A stretch of DNA of 64,000 nucleotides, taken from an uncultured Flavobacteriales bacterium. Its GTDB lineage: Bacteria; Bacteroidota; Bacteroidia; Flavobacteriales_G; JALEGO01. The notes beneath the pieces were generated by a model. The model saw nothing but the letters and a program-made list of their open reading frames with translations. It did not search any database and had not been told where the DNA came from. The DNA is taken from positions 2,427-66,426 of the forward strand of contig CAYOHR010000005.1 in NCBI GenBank assembly GCA_964403835.1, read 5' to 3'. The first letter of the stretch is position 1; each line of letters begins with the position of its first letter. Both the position numbers and the translations under genes were made by a program. Positions 38,853 to 49,542 of this stretch are shown here, piece after piece.

Positions 38853-40430
38853 TTATTGATCAACTAATTTATATGATTTATAGGTTCCGTTATTTAAAAT
38901 TTCGACTGATTTTAGATAGATAGGATTTAAATCGTTGGCAATATAAAAGAAACCATCCGTATTAAACATTCCGCGGCATATATATGCTTTTAAAAGGGTT
39001 TTAATTAGTTTTTCAGATGTTTTTATTCCGGCTTCATTTCTTTCAACCCCTTGTTTTTTGGCATTTTCCAGAAATTCATTATAAAATGCATCGGTAATCA
39101 TAAAATTGCTTTTAAAATCGACCATGGTTTTGTATTTAGCGGTTAATTCTTTTCGATGGTCATCTAAATAATTTAAACTAAACGTATTAAAAACGCCTTT
39201 TCGCAAAAGATCAGTATAATACATGCTATTCATAGATGTATCTAAAGGAACAAAGACATCGGGCATAATACCTCCGCCGCCATACACGGTTCTTCCATTT
39301 TTTGTTTCGTACTTTAACGAATCGGGTAGTTTAATGCTATCCTGGCTAAAAAGCTCGCCGTGTTCAAAGCGATGCATAAAATCATTTTTATAGTCTTGGT
39401 AAGGTTTTTGAATGCTTCTTCCCACGGGGGTATAATACCGCTGAATGGTTAATCGAACCACAGAGGTATCTGGAAATTCGTAGGGTTTTTGAACCAAACC
39501 TTTTCCAAACGATCGGCGTCCGACAATTAATCCACGATCCCAGTCTTGCACGGCGCCCGACACAATTTCACTGGCTGAGGCAGATCCGGCATCAATCATA
39601 ATGATTAAATTTCCTTTTTCAAAAGAGCCATATTTAGTAGCAAAATTTTCTGTTTTTGGAAAATGAGTTCCTTCTGTATACACAATCATTTTTCGGTCGC
39701 TCAAAAATTCATCGGCTAATTGGTTTGCAATATGTAAATAACCGCCCGAATTACCTGTTAAATCAAGCACTAGGTGCTTCATCCCATTTTGCCTTAAGGT
39801 ATCTAGTTTTTCTCTTATTTCTTTCATAGTGGTATTGGCAAACCGGCTTAGTTTAATGTAGCCTGTTTGGGCATCAATCATATAACTGGCATCGACACTA
39901 AAAATGGGAATTTTATCTCTTACAATGGTGTAATCAATTAATTTTTTTTGTCCTCTACGTTGTATAGAAACGGTCACTTTGGTCCCTTTTTTACCGCGCA
40001 AGCGCTTCATGACCCCTTCATTTTTAATGGCAACCCCGGCTACATTTTCCCCATCTACTTTAATGATTTTATCCCCTGCCAAAATGCCCAATTTTTCTGA
40101 TGGGCCACCAATAATGGTAGCTACAACGCTAATAGTATCATTCAAAATATTAAATTGAACTCCAATACCGTCAAAATTACCGGTTAAAGGCTCATTAGCC
40201 TGTTGAACTTCACTTTTGGGTATGTAGACCGAATGGGGGTCTAAATCTTCTAGGGTTGAGTTTATGATTTTTTCAGTAATAGCATCAATATTAACCGTAT
40301 CTACATAATACCGATCAATATACCGAAGCAATGTTTCAATTTTTCTAACTGAATTTTCTATGTCTTTTTGAGCCTGAGACAAATTCCATGTACATAAGCA
40401 GGAAATAACAATGATTGATTTTTTAAACAT
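38853..40430 (-). CDS. S41 family C-terminal processing peptidase
   Basis: PDZ segment GGPSEKLGILAGDKIIKVDG; catalytic region GSASASEI ... FGKGLVQ; 525 aa. Confidence 0.9.
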   Translation of the reverse strand: MFKKSIIVISCLCTWNLSQAQKDIENSVRKIETLLRYIDRYYVDTVNIDAITEKIINSTLEDLDPHSVYIPKSEVQQANEPLTGNFDGIGVQFNILNDTISVVATIIGGPSEKLGILAGDKIIKVDGENVAGVAIKNEGVMKRLRGKKGTKVTVSIQRRGQKKLIDYTIVRDKIPIFSVDASYMIDAQTGYIKLSRFANTTMKEIREKLDTLRQNGMKHLVLDLTGNSGGYLHIANQLADEFLSDRKMIVYTEGTHFPKTENFATKYGSFEKGNLIIMIDAGSASASEIVSGAVQDWDRGLIVGRRSFGKGLVQKPYEFPDTSVVRLTIQRYYTPVGRSIQKPYQDYKNDFMHRFEHGELFSQDSIKLPDSLKYETKNGRTVYGGGGIMPDVFVPLDTSMNSMYYTDLLRKGVFNTFSLNYLDDHRKELTAKYKTMVDFKSNFMITDAFYNEFLENAKKQGVERNEAGIKTSEKLIKTLLKAYICRGMFNTDGFFYIANDLNPIYLKSVEILNNGTYKSYKLVDQ

Positions 40431-40592
40431 GAATTTTTATAGATTGATGAAAATGAATAGTTTGCATGAAAATATAGGGATGATAAAAGAAAAGAAGAAG
40501 AAGAAATAAAATTTTTTCTTTTTTCATAAACTAAAGTTCAACTTTGATGGTTAAGTTATGTAAAAATACGTAATTTGTTTAATCAGTATTTT

Positions 40593-40600
40593 TAGTTTTG
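40593..40600 (+). promoter_or_regulatory. -7 motif TAnnTTTG (tagttttg) upstream of the TonB-dependent receptor
   Basis: Exact motif 16 nt upstream of the ATG; a TTTG at 40574-40577 has a shorter than consensus spacer. Confidence 0.4.
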
Positions 40601-40616
40601 ATTAAAATTAGCCTTC

Positions 40617-42947
40617 ATGAGATTTTTTACCGTTTTTTTCTTGTTATTTTTTGTTAAAACTACGCTTGGCCAAGAAAAATTTACCGTTAGCGGGTTTATG
40701 AGGGATAAAGCCAATGGAGAGGCCATGATTGGCGCTAATGTGCTTGCAAAAGGTACAACTATGGCGGGCGTTACCAATATTTATGGATATTATTCACTCA
40801 CCTTGCCAAAAGGGCAATATGAATTGGTGTATTCCTATTTTGGATATGCCGATTTTTCGGTGAACATTGATTTATCTCAAAATATAAAGCAAAATATTGA
40901 GTTAGAACCATCGACCCGAACTTTAAAAGAGGTAGAAGTTGCTGAAGAAAAAGCCAATGAAAATGTGTCTTCGGTAGGCATGAGCACCGTAAATTTAAAA
41001 ATGGAAACCATTAAAAAAATTCCGGCTTTAATGGGCGAAGTGGATATTATACGAGCCATTCAATTACTTCCGGGAGTGCAAAATGCGGGGGAAGGATCAA
41101 CCGGTTTTTTTGTGCGAGGTGGGGGTGTGGACCAAAATTTAATTTTATTAGATGAAGCTACCGTATTTAATGCTTCTCATTTGATGGGATTTTTCTCTGT
41201 TTTTAATCAAGATGCCATTAAAGATGCGCAATTATATAAAGGCGGAATACCGGCCCGCTATGGAGGCAGACTTTCTTCCGTGTTGGATATTCACATGAAA
41301 GAAGGGAATTCTAAGAAACTTTCCGTATCAGGCGGTATCGGGGCAATTTCTAGCCGTTTAACGGTTGAAGCTCCCTTAATTAAAGATAAATGTTCGTTTA
41401 TTGTTTCGGCTCGCCGAACCTATGCCGATTTATTTTTAAAATTCAGTAACAATGAGGGTTTAAAAAAGAGTAAGCTTTATTTTTACGATTTAAATGGGAA
41501 AATAAATTATAAAATTGGAGAAAAGGATCGGATTTTTGTTTCATCCTACTTTGGAAGAGATATTTTATCTATTTCGGGAGCATTTTTATTAGGCTGGGGC
41601 AATCAAACAGTGACCACCCGTTGGAATCACCTTTTTACCGATAAATTATTTTCTAATTTGTCGCTCATTTACAGCAAATTCGATTATACGCTGGGCATAC
41701 CCAACGGAGTGAATGCTTTTGAGTGGAAATCAGAGATCACTAACTTTTCTATTAAAAACGACTATTCGTATTATTTAAATACGTCAAATACGCTAAAATA
41801 TGGCTTTCAATCAACGTTTATGATTTTTAATCCGGCTGATTTTAAACCCCTGGATGGAAATACACTTTTTACACAATTAAAACTGCCCAATAAATATACC
41901 TTGGAACATGGTATTTATGTAAGCAACGAGCAAAAAATTGGGGCTCTGTTAACCATCGATTATGGCTTGAGATGGTCACTTTTTCAAAATATTGGCCCTG
42001 ATTCTGTATATCAATTCAACGAAAAACACGATACTATTCCGGGTCAAGGGGTAAAAACCTATCAAAATGGTAAAATTTTTAATCAATATAACGGTTTTGA
42101 ACCCCGTTTGGCTGTTAAATATAGCTTATCGGAAACCAGCTCTATTAAGTTGTCTTATAACCGAATGTTTCAATATTTGCATTTGGCAAATAATTCGACC
42201 AGCGGAACTCCTTTAGATATATGGTTTCCATCCAGTCCCAATATTAAACCTCGCATTGCAGACCAAGTTGCTTTAGGGTATTTTCAGAATTTTTTCTCGA
42301 ATAAGCTCGAATTTTCAACAGAAGTGTATTATAAATACTTACAAAACGATGTGGATTTTAAAGATAATGCCCAGCTCATTTTTAATCGCTTGCTCGAAGG
42401 GCAAATTAGGACCGGTATTGCGAAAGCGTATGGGTTTGAGTTGTTTGTGAGAAAACCGAAAGGAATTATTAACGGGTGGATAAGTTATACCCTATCTCGG
42501 GTTCAGAGAGAATTTGCCGAAATAAACAATGGAAAACCTTATTTTGCCAATTATGATAGAAGACATAATTTTTCGTTGGTTTTATCGTATGATATTAATC
42601 CAAAATGGAGTGTAGGAGCAACGTGGGTGTACACCACCGGCTTACCTTTAACTGCGCCCACCGGCAAATTTGAATACCAGGGCATGTTGGTGCCGGTATA
42701 TTCGGAACGAAACGGGGCACGACTTCCAGACTACCACCGGGCCGATTTTTCTGTTACCTTAACACCTAATCGGGAAGGCAAAAAATTTAAAGATAATTGG
42801 AATTTATCTGTGTATAATTTATACAATCAAAAAAATGCTTTTTCCATTACTTTTCAGGATGATCCAGATAATCCGGGTCAAACAAAGGCGGTTAAAACCT
42901 ATTTGTTTTCTATCATTCCAACCATCACCTATAATTTTAAGTTTTAA
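40617..42947 (+). CDS. TonB-dependent receptor with N-terminal carboxypeptidase-regulatory-like domain
   Basis: CarbopepD_reg-like N-terminus (FTVSGFMRDKANGEAMIGANV), plug domain, 22-strand barrel length and terminal aromatic (NFKF). Confidence 0.9.
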   Translation: MRFFTVFFLLFFVKTTLGQEKFTVSGFMRDKANGEAMIGANVLAKGTTMAGVTNIYGYYSLTLPKGQYELVYSYFGYADFSVNIDLSQNIKQNIELEPSTRTLKEVEVAEEKANENVSSVGMSTVNLKMETIKKIPALMGEVDIIRAIQLLPGVQNAGEGSTGFFVRGGGVDQNLILLDEATVFNASHLMGFFSVFNQDAIKDAQLYKGGIPARYGGRLSSVLDIHMKEGNSKKLSVSGGIGAISSRLTVEAPLIKDKCSFIVSARRTYADLFLKFSNNEGLKKSKLYFYDLNGKINYKIGEKDRIFVSSYFGRDILSISGAFLLGWGNQTVTTRWNHLFTDKLFSNLSLIYSKFDYTLGIPNGVNAFEWKSEITNFSIKNDYSYYLNTSNTLKYGFQSTFMIFNPADFKPLDGNTLFTQLKLPNKYTLEHGIYVSNEQKIGALLTIDYGLRWSLFQNIGPDSVYQFNEKHDTIPGQGVKTYQNGKIFNQYNGFEPRLAVKYSLSETSSIKLSYNRMFQYLHLANNSTSGTPLDIWFPSSPNIKPRIADQVALGYFQNFFSNKLEFSTEVYYKYLQNDVDFKDNAQLIFNRLLEGQIRTGIAKAYGFELFVRKPKGIINGWISYTLSRVQREFAEINNGKPYFANYDRRHNFSLVLSYDINPKWSVGATWVYTTGLPLTAPTGKFEYQGMLVPVYSERNGARLPDYHRADFSVTLTPNREGKKFKDNWNLSVYNLYNQKNAFSITFQDDPDNPGQTKAVKTYLFSIIPTITYNFKF

Positions 42948-42952
42948 GCGAT

Positions 42953-43810
42953 ATGTATCAGCTATTAAAAAATATAAAACAAAACGGCATTAGATATGTC
43001 GGTTTATTAATAATATATTCATTTGCAAGCAGTTGCAGTGAAGATATTAACTTTGACTTAAATGATGAAAACACAAAAATTGTGATCGATGCTTTTTTTA
43101 CTACCGAACAAAAAGAGCACATTATTAAAGTAAATAAAACCACGAGTTATTATGCGAGATCTGGCGCGGGAACGGGTGTTTCCGGTGCCCGTGTAGAAGT
43201 GACTGATGGGGCACAAACGTTTGTTTTTAACGAAACCGAACCCGGCATTTACAAAAGTGGCGCCGGCGTAAAGGGAGAAAACAATAAAACCTATACAGTA
43301 ACTGTTGCATTTGATGGCCAGGTGTATACGGCCAGCTCTTATATTCACCCACTAAACCATGCGGATACCATTGTAGCTATTCAATTATTTGATACCATTC
43401 CTATTTTAAATGAAGTAGACTCTGGTTATAGCTTATATATAGCTGTACAAGAACCCCCTGAGCCTGGCAATTTTTATTTGTGGAAATATTACATTAACGA
43501 TAAACTAGAAACCGATACCGTGCGTGAATTTGCATTTACAGATGATGGTTTTGTGAATGGGACCTATGTAATTGCTCCTATTTATATTATTAAACATCAA
43601 AAAGTGAGGTCCGGAGATATTATTCGCTTAGAAACCTACTCCATTAATAAAGAATACAATGATTTTTTATTTACTATTCTTTTGCAAACCGATTTTCGGG
43701 GAGGCATATTTGATGGGCCCGCAGCCAATGTAAAAGGCAATTTTAGCAACGGAGCTTTGGGCTTTTTTATGGCCTGTGATGTGGATAAAAAGGAAACTCG
43801 GATACCCTAA
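42953..43810 (+). CDS. DUF4249-like lipoprotein (partner of the TonB-dependent receptor)
   Basis: Lipobox FASSC; 285 aa; position directly after the receptor matches the common Bacteroidota pairing. Confidence 0.65.
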   Translation: MYQLLKNIKQNGIRYVGLLIIYSFASSCSEDINFDLNDENTKIVIDAFFTTEQKEHIIKVNKTTSYYARSGAGTGVSGARVEVTDGAQTFVFNETEPGIYKSGAGVKGENNKTYTVTVAFDGQVYTASSYIHPLNHADTIVAIQLFDTIPILNEVDSGYSLYIAVQEPPEPGNFYLWKYYINDKLETDTVREFAFTDDGFVNGTYVIAPIYIIKHQKVRSGDIIRLETYSINKEYNDFLFTILLQTDFRGGIFDGPAANVKGNFSNGALGFFMACDVDKKETRIP

Positions 43811-43815
43811 GAACT

Positions 43816-45009
43816 TTAGTGTTTTAGAGCTTCTAGCTGATCTATAATTTGATAGAATAAATCTACCTCATATTCTGGGGGGATATATCCTTGACGTTCC
43901 CTAAATGTAATAATCATGGTGTTTTGATCGGGAAATAACTCAACCATTTGTCCAAAAAAACCGGATGCTTTATATTCGTTGTACCCTTTGGTTCCTACCC
44001 ACCAATGCATGCTCTGAAAGTCGCCATTTGATTCGCGTGAGACCAATTTAAACCGATGGCTTTTTTTATTGATGTTTCGGGCCGAGGTTATTTCCGCAAT
44101 CCATTCTTCGGGCACAATTTGCTCCCCATTCCACTTGCCCTTGTTTAAAAAAAGCTTCCCTAATCGGGCAAAATCTCGGGGATTTGCAAAAAAACAACAA
44201 AACGCTTTTATATTTCCGTTTTCGCGATCCTGACTCCAAAAGGCATCATATTCGGGGCCAATTTTGCTCCATATTTTTTCATAAAAATATTCGTTTAATT
44301 TTTTACCTGTGGTTCGCTCAATTAAAAACCCCAATAATTGAGTGTTTGTGCCCACGCTATATCTGTACGCTTTATCGGGAGGAAAATCAACCCGTAGTTT
44401 TTTAATTTCTCGCTCTAAATGATGGCCATAATAATACCGAAGTTGGGGCGACCATGGAGCCTGAACAATGGGGAATTCATAAATACCCGAATTCATATTT
44501 AATAAATGCCGAATGGTAATTTTTTTGAATTTTCGGGCAGGTTTTAACTCAGGAAAATAATCTGTTATAGGATCATCAACCGACTTAATAAAGCCTTCTT
44601 TAATAGCAATACCAATCATAGGAAAAATACCTAAAGCTTTAATCATAGAAAAGGAAGGGAACTTATAAAACGGACCATATCCTTTGCTATATTTTTCATA
44701 CAAAATGCTGTCGTTTCTTATGATTAATAAGGCCAATGTAGTGGAGTTTTCTACGTAATCTTTTAACGACTGGCATTCATTTTTTGACAAAAAAGTCTTA
44801 CCGGTAGGAAGCACCTGGATGTGATCAATATTGGTGTCTATCGCTTCTACCCATGAAAAACCGGGGCTAGGGTGTTTAGGAATAACTACATTCGAAAAAA
44901 TTTTGTATTCATCTGCATCAGGGGCGTTATATTTTATAACATCCACCAAATAACAACTAGAAAAACCTGTTAAAAATAAAAAAGCAACAATTATTTTTGT
45001 GCGAACCAT
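43816..45009 (-). CDS. serine hydrolase, beta-lactamase/PBP4-like family
   Basis: S-x-x-K motif in FSMIKALG; 397 aa with N-terminal signal/anchor. Confidence 0.7.
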   Translation of the reverse strand: MVRTKIIVAFLFLTGFSSCYLVDVIKYNAPDADEYKIFSNVVIPKHPSPGFSWVEAIDTNIDHIQVLPTGKTFLSKNECQSLKDYVENSTTLALLIIRNDSILYEKYSKGYGPFYKFPSFSMIKALGIFPMIGIAIKEGFIKSVDDPITDYFPELKPARKFKKITIRHLLNMNSGIYEFPIVQAPWSPQLRYYYGHHLEREIKKLRVDFPPDKAYRYSVGTNTQLLGFLIERTTGKKLNEYFYEKIWSKIGPEYDAFWSQDRENGNIKAFCCFFANPRDFARLGKLFLNKGKWNGEQIVPEEWIAEITSARNINKKSHRFKLVSRESNGDFQSMHWWVGTKGYNEYKASGFFGQMVELFPDQNTMIITFRERQGYIPPEYEVDLFYQIIDQLEALKH

Positions 45010-45061
45010 TCCAAAATAAAGGTAACTAAAGTTAAGAAAGTATTTTGTTAAAAATTATATT

Positions 45062-46096
45062 TTAGTCTTTAAAGGCATCCCAACCCTGTGCGGTAATAGG
45101 AATTTGAGTCCCGGCCTTTAATAATAAATTGGTGCCGGCATTTTTTTCGGTAATATGTCCTATAATTGAAATTCCTTTAAAATCTTTTATTTTTTCGTAG
45201 TCTTTTTGTGATACAGTAAACAATAATTCGTAATCTTCGCCGCCGTTTAAGGCAGATATGATGGATGATATATTTAATTCATCGGCCGTTGTTTCGGTTT
45301 CATAATCAAAAGGTATTTTTTCTTCATACACCACACACCCTACATCAGATGCCGTGCAAATATGTAAAAGTTCAGAGGCCAAACCGTCCGAAATATCAAT
45401 CATAGCGGTTGGAACCACTTTAAATTCTTCCAGTTTTTTTATAATATCAATGCGGGGTTCAGGCTTTAATTGGCGCTCTAAAATATAATTGTAATTATTT
45501 AAATCGGGCTGAATATTGGCATTTTCAAGAAATACATTTTTTTCGCGTTCTAATATTTGCAAACCCATATATGCACCTCCTAAGTCTCCGCTTACACACA
45601 ACAAATCAAATTCTTTGGCACCGCTTCGGTACACAATTTTTTCTTTTTCAACTTCGCCAATGGCTGTAACGCTAATAACTAAGCCGCTTCCGTTAGAACT
45701 AGTGTCGCCCCCAATTAAATCTACCTCGTAATTTTTGCAGGCCGCATTTATTCCTTCATACAATTCTTCCATGGCTTCTACCGAGAACCGGTTCGACATA
45801 GCTACAGACACCGTTACATGCGTAGGGGTGGCATTCATGGCGCAAATGTCTGACAAATTAACGGCAATGGCCTTATAGCCTAAGTGTTTTAAAGGGCAAT
45901 ACATTAAGTTAAAATGAATTCCTTCTACCAATAAATCGGTACTAACCACAATTTGTTTGGTTTCCGGAGCAATAACAGCTGCATCATCGCCAATTCCTTT
46001 AATGGTAGATGTTCGGTTAATTTTTACCGAGTCGGCTATTTTTTTAATAAAGGCAAATTCTCCTAAATTGCTTAATTCTGTTCTGTTTTCTTGCAT
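45062..46096 (-). CDS. thiL: thiamine-monophosphate kinase
   Basis: GIGDDAAV, AIR-synthase-like fold, GGEDYELLFT; 344 aa. Confidence 0.9.
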   Translation of the reverse strand: MQENRTELSNLGEFAFIKKIADSVKINRTSTIKGIGDDAAVIAPETKQIVVSTDLLVEGIHFNLMYCPLKHLGYKAIAVNLSDICAMNATPTHVTVSVAMSNRFSVEAMEELYEGINAACKNYEVDLIGGDTSSNGSGLVISVTAIGEVEKEKIVYRSGAKEFDLLCVSGDLGGAYMGLQILEREKNVFLENANIQPDLNNYNYILERQLKPEPRIDIIKKLEEFKVVPTAMIDISDGLASELLHICTASDVGCVVYEEKIPFDYETETTADELNISSIISALNGGEDYELLFTVSQKDYEKIKDFKGISIIGHITEKNAGTNLLLKAGTQIPITAQGWDAFKD

Positions 46097-46116
46097 TTTA
46101 TAAAGGTAAAATAAGT

Positions 46117-47055
46117 TTACTTGTTCTTCAATTTCGACAAATCATCAAATACCCCAAAATTTAATCCGTTTCCAATCCAGGAAGCGGCTAATGTATTGTT
46201 TTTTACATATTTAAAGCGAGGGTAGCTGCCGCCTGCATAATCAGGAAACGAGGCATCTTCTATTTTAAGATACGGGAAATGAGTATCGGTTATTTTCATG
46301 TAATGCTGTATGCTTTCTTCTTCTCCCCAAAAAACAACTTTTACTTTCGGGAAATTGGGGTACCGCGCTTGTGAAACATATAGTTTTCGGGCTGCTAACT
46401 TGCAATACGGACAGGTTACACTAAAAAAAGCATACACCGTATTGGTATCGTTGGCAGTATATGCAGGAAAATTAGCTTTTAGTTTATCGAATTGTGCGGA
46501 GCCTTCCGGATCTATGGAATAATCTGCTTTAAAATCGCATGGATAAACGGGATTTAATATAAAAGGCAATACAATGAGAATAAACGGGAGAAATTTAATA
46601 AATGCATATTTTTTAATAAACTTAAATTCGGTAAATAGATAATAATGCAGACTTGTAAAAAACGCCAGTAGGGCTAAAAAGCCGGCTTCTACAATAAAAC
46701 TGGGGTATCTATAAAATCCAATAAATATGACCCCTTCTTTTTGAAGAAAAGCTAAGTCTACAAAAACACTAATAATAACAAGAATTAATAAAAACGCGGA
46801 TATTTTTTTGTTAATCCCCACTAAAACGCTGACTGCGGTCATGAATATTAAACCGAGCCATATTCTGCAAACAATGGGCGACCATATCCAATTGGTATGT
46901 AGGGTTTCAAAAAATTGGGCTTCCATAATTTCAATGGGGGTGAGTGTTTCAATCACTAGCATAACTAAAAGAAACGCTAAGAATAAGTTGTTTAAAATAA
47001 ATAAAACAGCTTTTATATTTTTTTGCATGGGTTTACAAATTATTGAAGAAGTCAA
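46117..47055 (-). CDS. membrane protein with C-terminal thioredoxin-like CPYC domain
   Basis: Four or five N-terminal TM helices followed by a soluble domain with FFSVTCPYCK; possible later start at 47028. Confidence 0.6.
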   Translation of the reverse strand: MTSSIICKPMQKNIKAVLFILNNLFLAFLLVMLVIETLTPIEIMEAQFFETLHTNWIWSPIVCRIWLGLIFMTAVSVLVGINKKISAFLLILVIISVFVDLAFLQKEGVIFIGFYRYPSFIVEAGFLALLAFFTSLHYYLFTEFKFIKKYAFIKFLPFILIVLPFILNPVYPCDFKADYSIDPEGSAQFDKLKANFPAYTANDTNTVYAFFSVTCPYCKLAARKLYVSQARYPNFPKVKVVFWGEEESIQHYMKITDTHFPYLKIEDASFPDYAGGSYPRFKYVKNNTLAASWIGNGLNFGVFDDLSKLKNK

Positions 47056-47109
47056 AAGTAAAATAAAAAAGCCACGAGTAAAATAACTGATAACGGATAA
47101 AAATCCTAT

Positions 47110-48258
47110 TTACTCATCCTTTTCACGGATCAGTTTAGCCAATTTTAGGCTCATATCCAGCAAAATCATTTTGGCGCTACCATTTCGTTCTAAATGATAA
47201 TAGGCTTTTTCAAATTCATCTTTTATCTCAGAAGCGTTTTTAATATGAATAAATGGGGCAAACTTTTTATAGGCTTCTACCTGATTTTGCTCCAACGCCA
47301 CAAAGTCATTTACCTGATAATTCAACAAAATGCACTGGTGTATAATATCTAAACAATAGGAGAAAAAATGTTTTAAATCTTCTCTCGAATGTTTGGTGAG
47401 TTCATCAATCCAATCCTGCACCTTTACAATGTTATCATCCTTATGAATAGAGTAACACCAGCGCATCCATTGTAAAAAATATCCCGAGTAATCCACCACT
47501 TCCTGGTGTAATAACTGCAAGGCTCTTGCAAAGTTGCCTTCCGCAATTTTTGATATATATACCAGCTTTTGATCTTCGACTTGCGTGGTATTGATGTTTT
47601 GCAAACCCTTTAAAATTTCGTCACTCAATAAAGGTTGTAAAAGCACCTGTTGCAAACGCGATAAAATAGTGGTTAAAAGCATTTCGGTATTGTCCGAAAC
47701 CAAGAAAAAAAGTGTTTTTTCGGGCGGTTCTTCCAATATTTTTAGAATTTTTGGCGCTCCCGCATGATGAATTTTTTCGGGCAACCAAATCAGCATAATT
47801 TTATACGGCGATTCATACGATTTTAAGCTCAGTTTGTCGCTTATTTTCGAGCAATCATCGGTATTTATAAAGGCTTGTTTGTTTTCAATCTCCAGTTTTG
47901 TTATCCAATCTTGGTAGGTAAAATAAGGCGAATTTAAAATGGTTTCGCGCCATACCGGCAAAAATTTATCGCTGATGGGGTCTTTGGTAATTTCTTTATT
48001 GGTGTTTACCGGGAAAATAAAATGTAAATCGGGGTGGACTAATTTTTTAGTCTTTATGCAGGAGGTACAAACCCCGCACGAATCCGTTTCGGAAGGATTT
48101 TTACAAAAAATAAACTGCGCAAAAGCAAGTGCAAGCGCCAAATTTCCGCTTCCTTCTTTTCCGCAAAACAACAAGCCCTGGCTTACATGACTCTTGCGTA
48201 CAGAATCAGTCAATATTCTTTTAACGTTCTCTTGCCCTATAACCTCTTTAAAATGCAT
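47110..48258 (-). CDS. holB: DNA polymerase III subunit delta-prime
   Basis: AAA-like N-terminus FCGKEGSGNLALALAFAQFIFC, zinc-module cysteines CGVCTSC and the SRLQ sensor motif. Confidence 0.85.
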   Translation of the reverse strand: MHFKEVIGQENVKRILTDSVRKSHVSQGLLFCGKEGSGNLALALAFAQFIFCKNPSETDSCGVCTSCIKTKKLVHPDLHFIFPVNTNKEITKDPISDKFLPVWRETILNSPYFTYQDWITKLEIENKQAFINTDDCSKISDKLSLKSYESPYKIMLIWLPEKIHHAGAPKILKILEEPPEKTLFFLVSDNTEMLLTTILSRLQQVLLQPLLSDEILKGLQNINTTQVEDQKLVYISKIAEGNFARALQLLHQEVVDYSGYFLQWMRWCYSIHKDDNIVKVQDWIDELTKHSREDLKHFFSYCLDIIHQCILLNYQVNDFVALEQNQVEAYKKFAPFIHIKNASEIKDEFEKAYYHLERNGSAKMILLDMSLKLAKLIREKDE

Positions 48259-48379
48259 CCGTTTTTTCCTAGCTTGCTAAATTATCTTAAAAAAAATAGA
48301 CTTTTACAGTTTATAACAAATTTTTGTATAAAATTGTGCTCTTATGGGTAATGACACATATCTGTGAATTTTTTTTATG

Positions 48380-48387
48380 TAAGTTTG
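48380..48387 (+). promoter_or_regulatory. -7 motif TAnnTTTG (taagtttg) upstream of ftsX
   Basis: Exact motif 16 nt upstream of the ATG. Confidence 0.4.
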
Positions 48388-48403
48388 TCAAATTAAATTA
48401 AGC

Positions 48404-49270
48404 ATGTCAAATCAACAAAAATCTAAAAGTAATAGCTCCTCTTTTATCTCTATTATTATTAGTATTTCCCTGGTTTTGTTCCTGTTAGGGATTATGGGGT
48501 TCGTGATTATACACGCCGGGAAGCTTTCTAATTACGTAAAAGAAAACATCCCTGTTTCCCTTATTTTAAAAAACAGCGGCCGCGAAGTGGATATCATTCG
48601 TTTAAAGAAAAATTTAGATGCGTCTGAATTTGTGAAAAGAACCGAATACATTGACCAGGAAAAAGCCTCTAAAATGCTAAAAAACGATTTAGGCGAGGAT
48701 TTTGTCAGCGAATTGGGCTATAACCCTTTATACGCTTCTATTGATATCTATTTAAATGCCGGGTATGTAAACCCCGATAGCATTGCCTGGATTGAAAAAA
48801 AATTATCCGAAAACGAATGGGTCAATGAAGTATATTATCAAAAAGATTTAATGGCTTTGGTTAACGATAATGTTAAAAAAATAAGTGGTATTTTGTTTGG
48901 GTTTAGCCTATTATTATTGGTTATAGCCATTGTTTTAATAAACAACAGCATTCGTTTATCCATTTTTGCTAAACGTTTCATTATTAGAACCATGCAGCTG
49001 GTTGGGGCAACACCCTCCTTCATTAGCCGCCCTTTTGTGTTAATGGCTTTTTTGCAGGGCTTATTAGCCGGCTTAATATCGGTGATCGGGCTTTTTATTC
49101 TCTTGTATTACGGAAAAAAAGAACTTCCTGAAATGATTTTTCAAGATGACCTTACAACCATTTTAACCCTGAGTTTAGGCTTGGTTACATTAGGCATTGC
49201 CATTACCGCTTGCACCACATTTATTGCCGTTAGAAAATATATATACATAAATCCAGATAAATTATTTTAA
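48404..49270 (+). CDS. ftsX: cell division protein FtsX (permease-like)
   Basis: One TM helix, a periplasmic domain, then three C-terminal TM helices; 288 aa; conserved neighbourhood with DUF3098 and uppP. Confidence 0.85.
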   Translation: MSNQQKSKSNSSSFISIIISISLVLFLLGIMGFVIIHAGKLSNYVKENIPVSLILKNSGREVDIIRLKKNLDASEFVKRTEYIDQEKASKMLKNDLGEDFVSELGYNPLYASIDIYLNAGYVNPDSIAWIEKKLSENEWVNEVYYQKDLMALVNDNVKKISGILFGFSLLLLVIAIVLINNSIRLSIFAKRFIIRTMQLVGATPSFISRPFVLMAFLQGLLAGLISVIGLFILLYYGKKELPEMIFQDDLTTILTLSLGLVTLGIAITACTTFIAVRKYIYINPDKLF

Positions 49271-49271
49271 A

Positions 49272-49538
49272 ATGAGTAAACATTTTGACGAAACCGGTTT
49301 TGCCATAGCAAAACAGAATTATAGAATTATTTTAATCGGGATTGCCTTACTGGTTATAGGTTATATGTTAATGTCGGGCGGGGCAGCAGAAAACCCGAAT
49401 GAATTCCACTACGATGAGGTTTTTAGCTTTAGAAGAATTACCATAGCCCCCATTGTTTGTTTCTTAGGTTATGTAGCGGTATTGTATGGGATTATGAAAA
49501 ACCCAAATTCTGAAAAATCATCGGTAAAGAATTCATAA
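49272..49538 (+). CDS. DUF3098-like small membrane protein
   Basis: 88 aa, two TM helices, conserved position between ftsX and uppP. Confidence 0.7.
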   Translation: MSKHFDETGFAIAKQNYRIILIGIALLVIGYMLMSGGAAENPNEFHYDEVFSFRRITIAPIVCFLGYVAVLYGIMKNPNSEKSSVKNS

Positions 49539-49542
49539 TGTA

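Noticed and set aside
40431-40616. Possible riboswitch upstream of the TonB-dependent receptor (also considered upstream of thiL and hemA)
   Set aside because: I could not recognise any conserved riboswitch core (cobalamin, TPP or other). The sequences are AT-rich and unstructured apart from a promoter-like motif.
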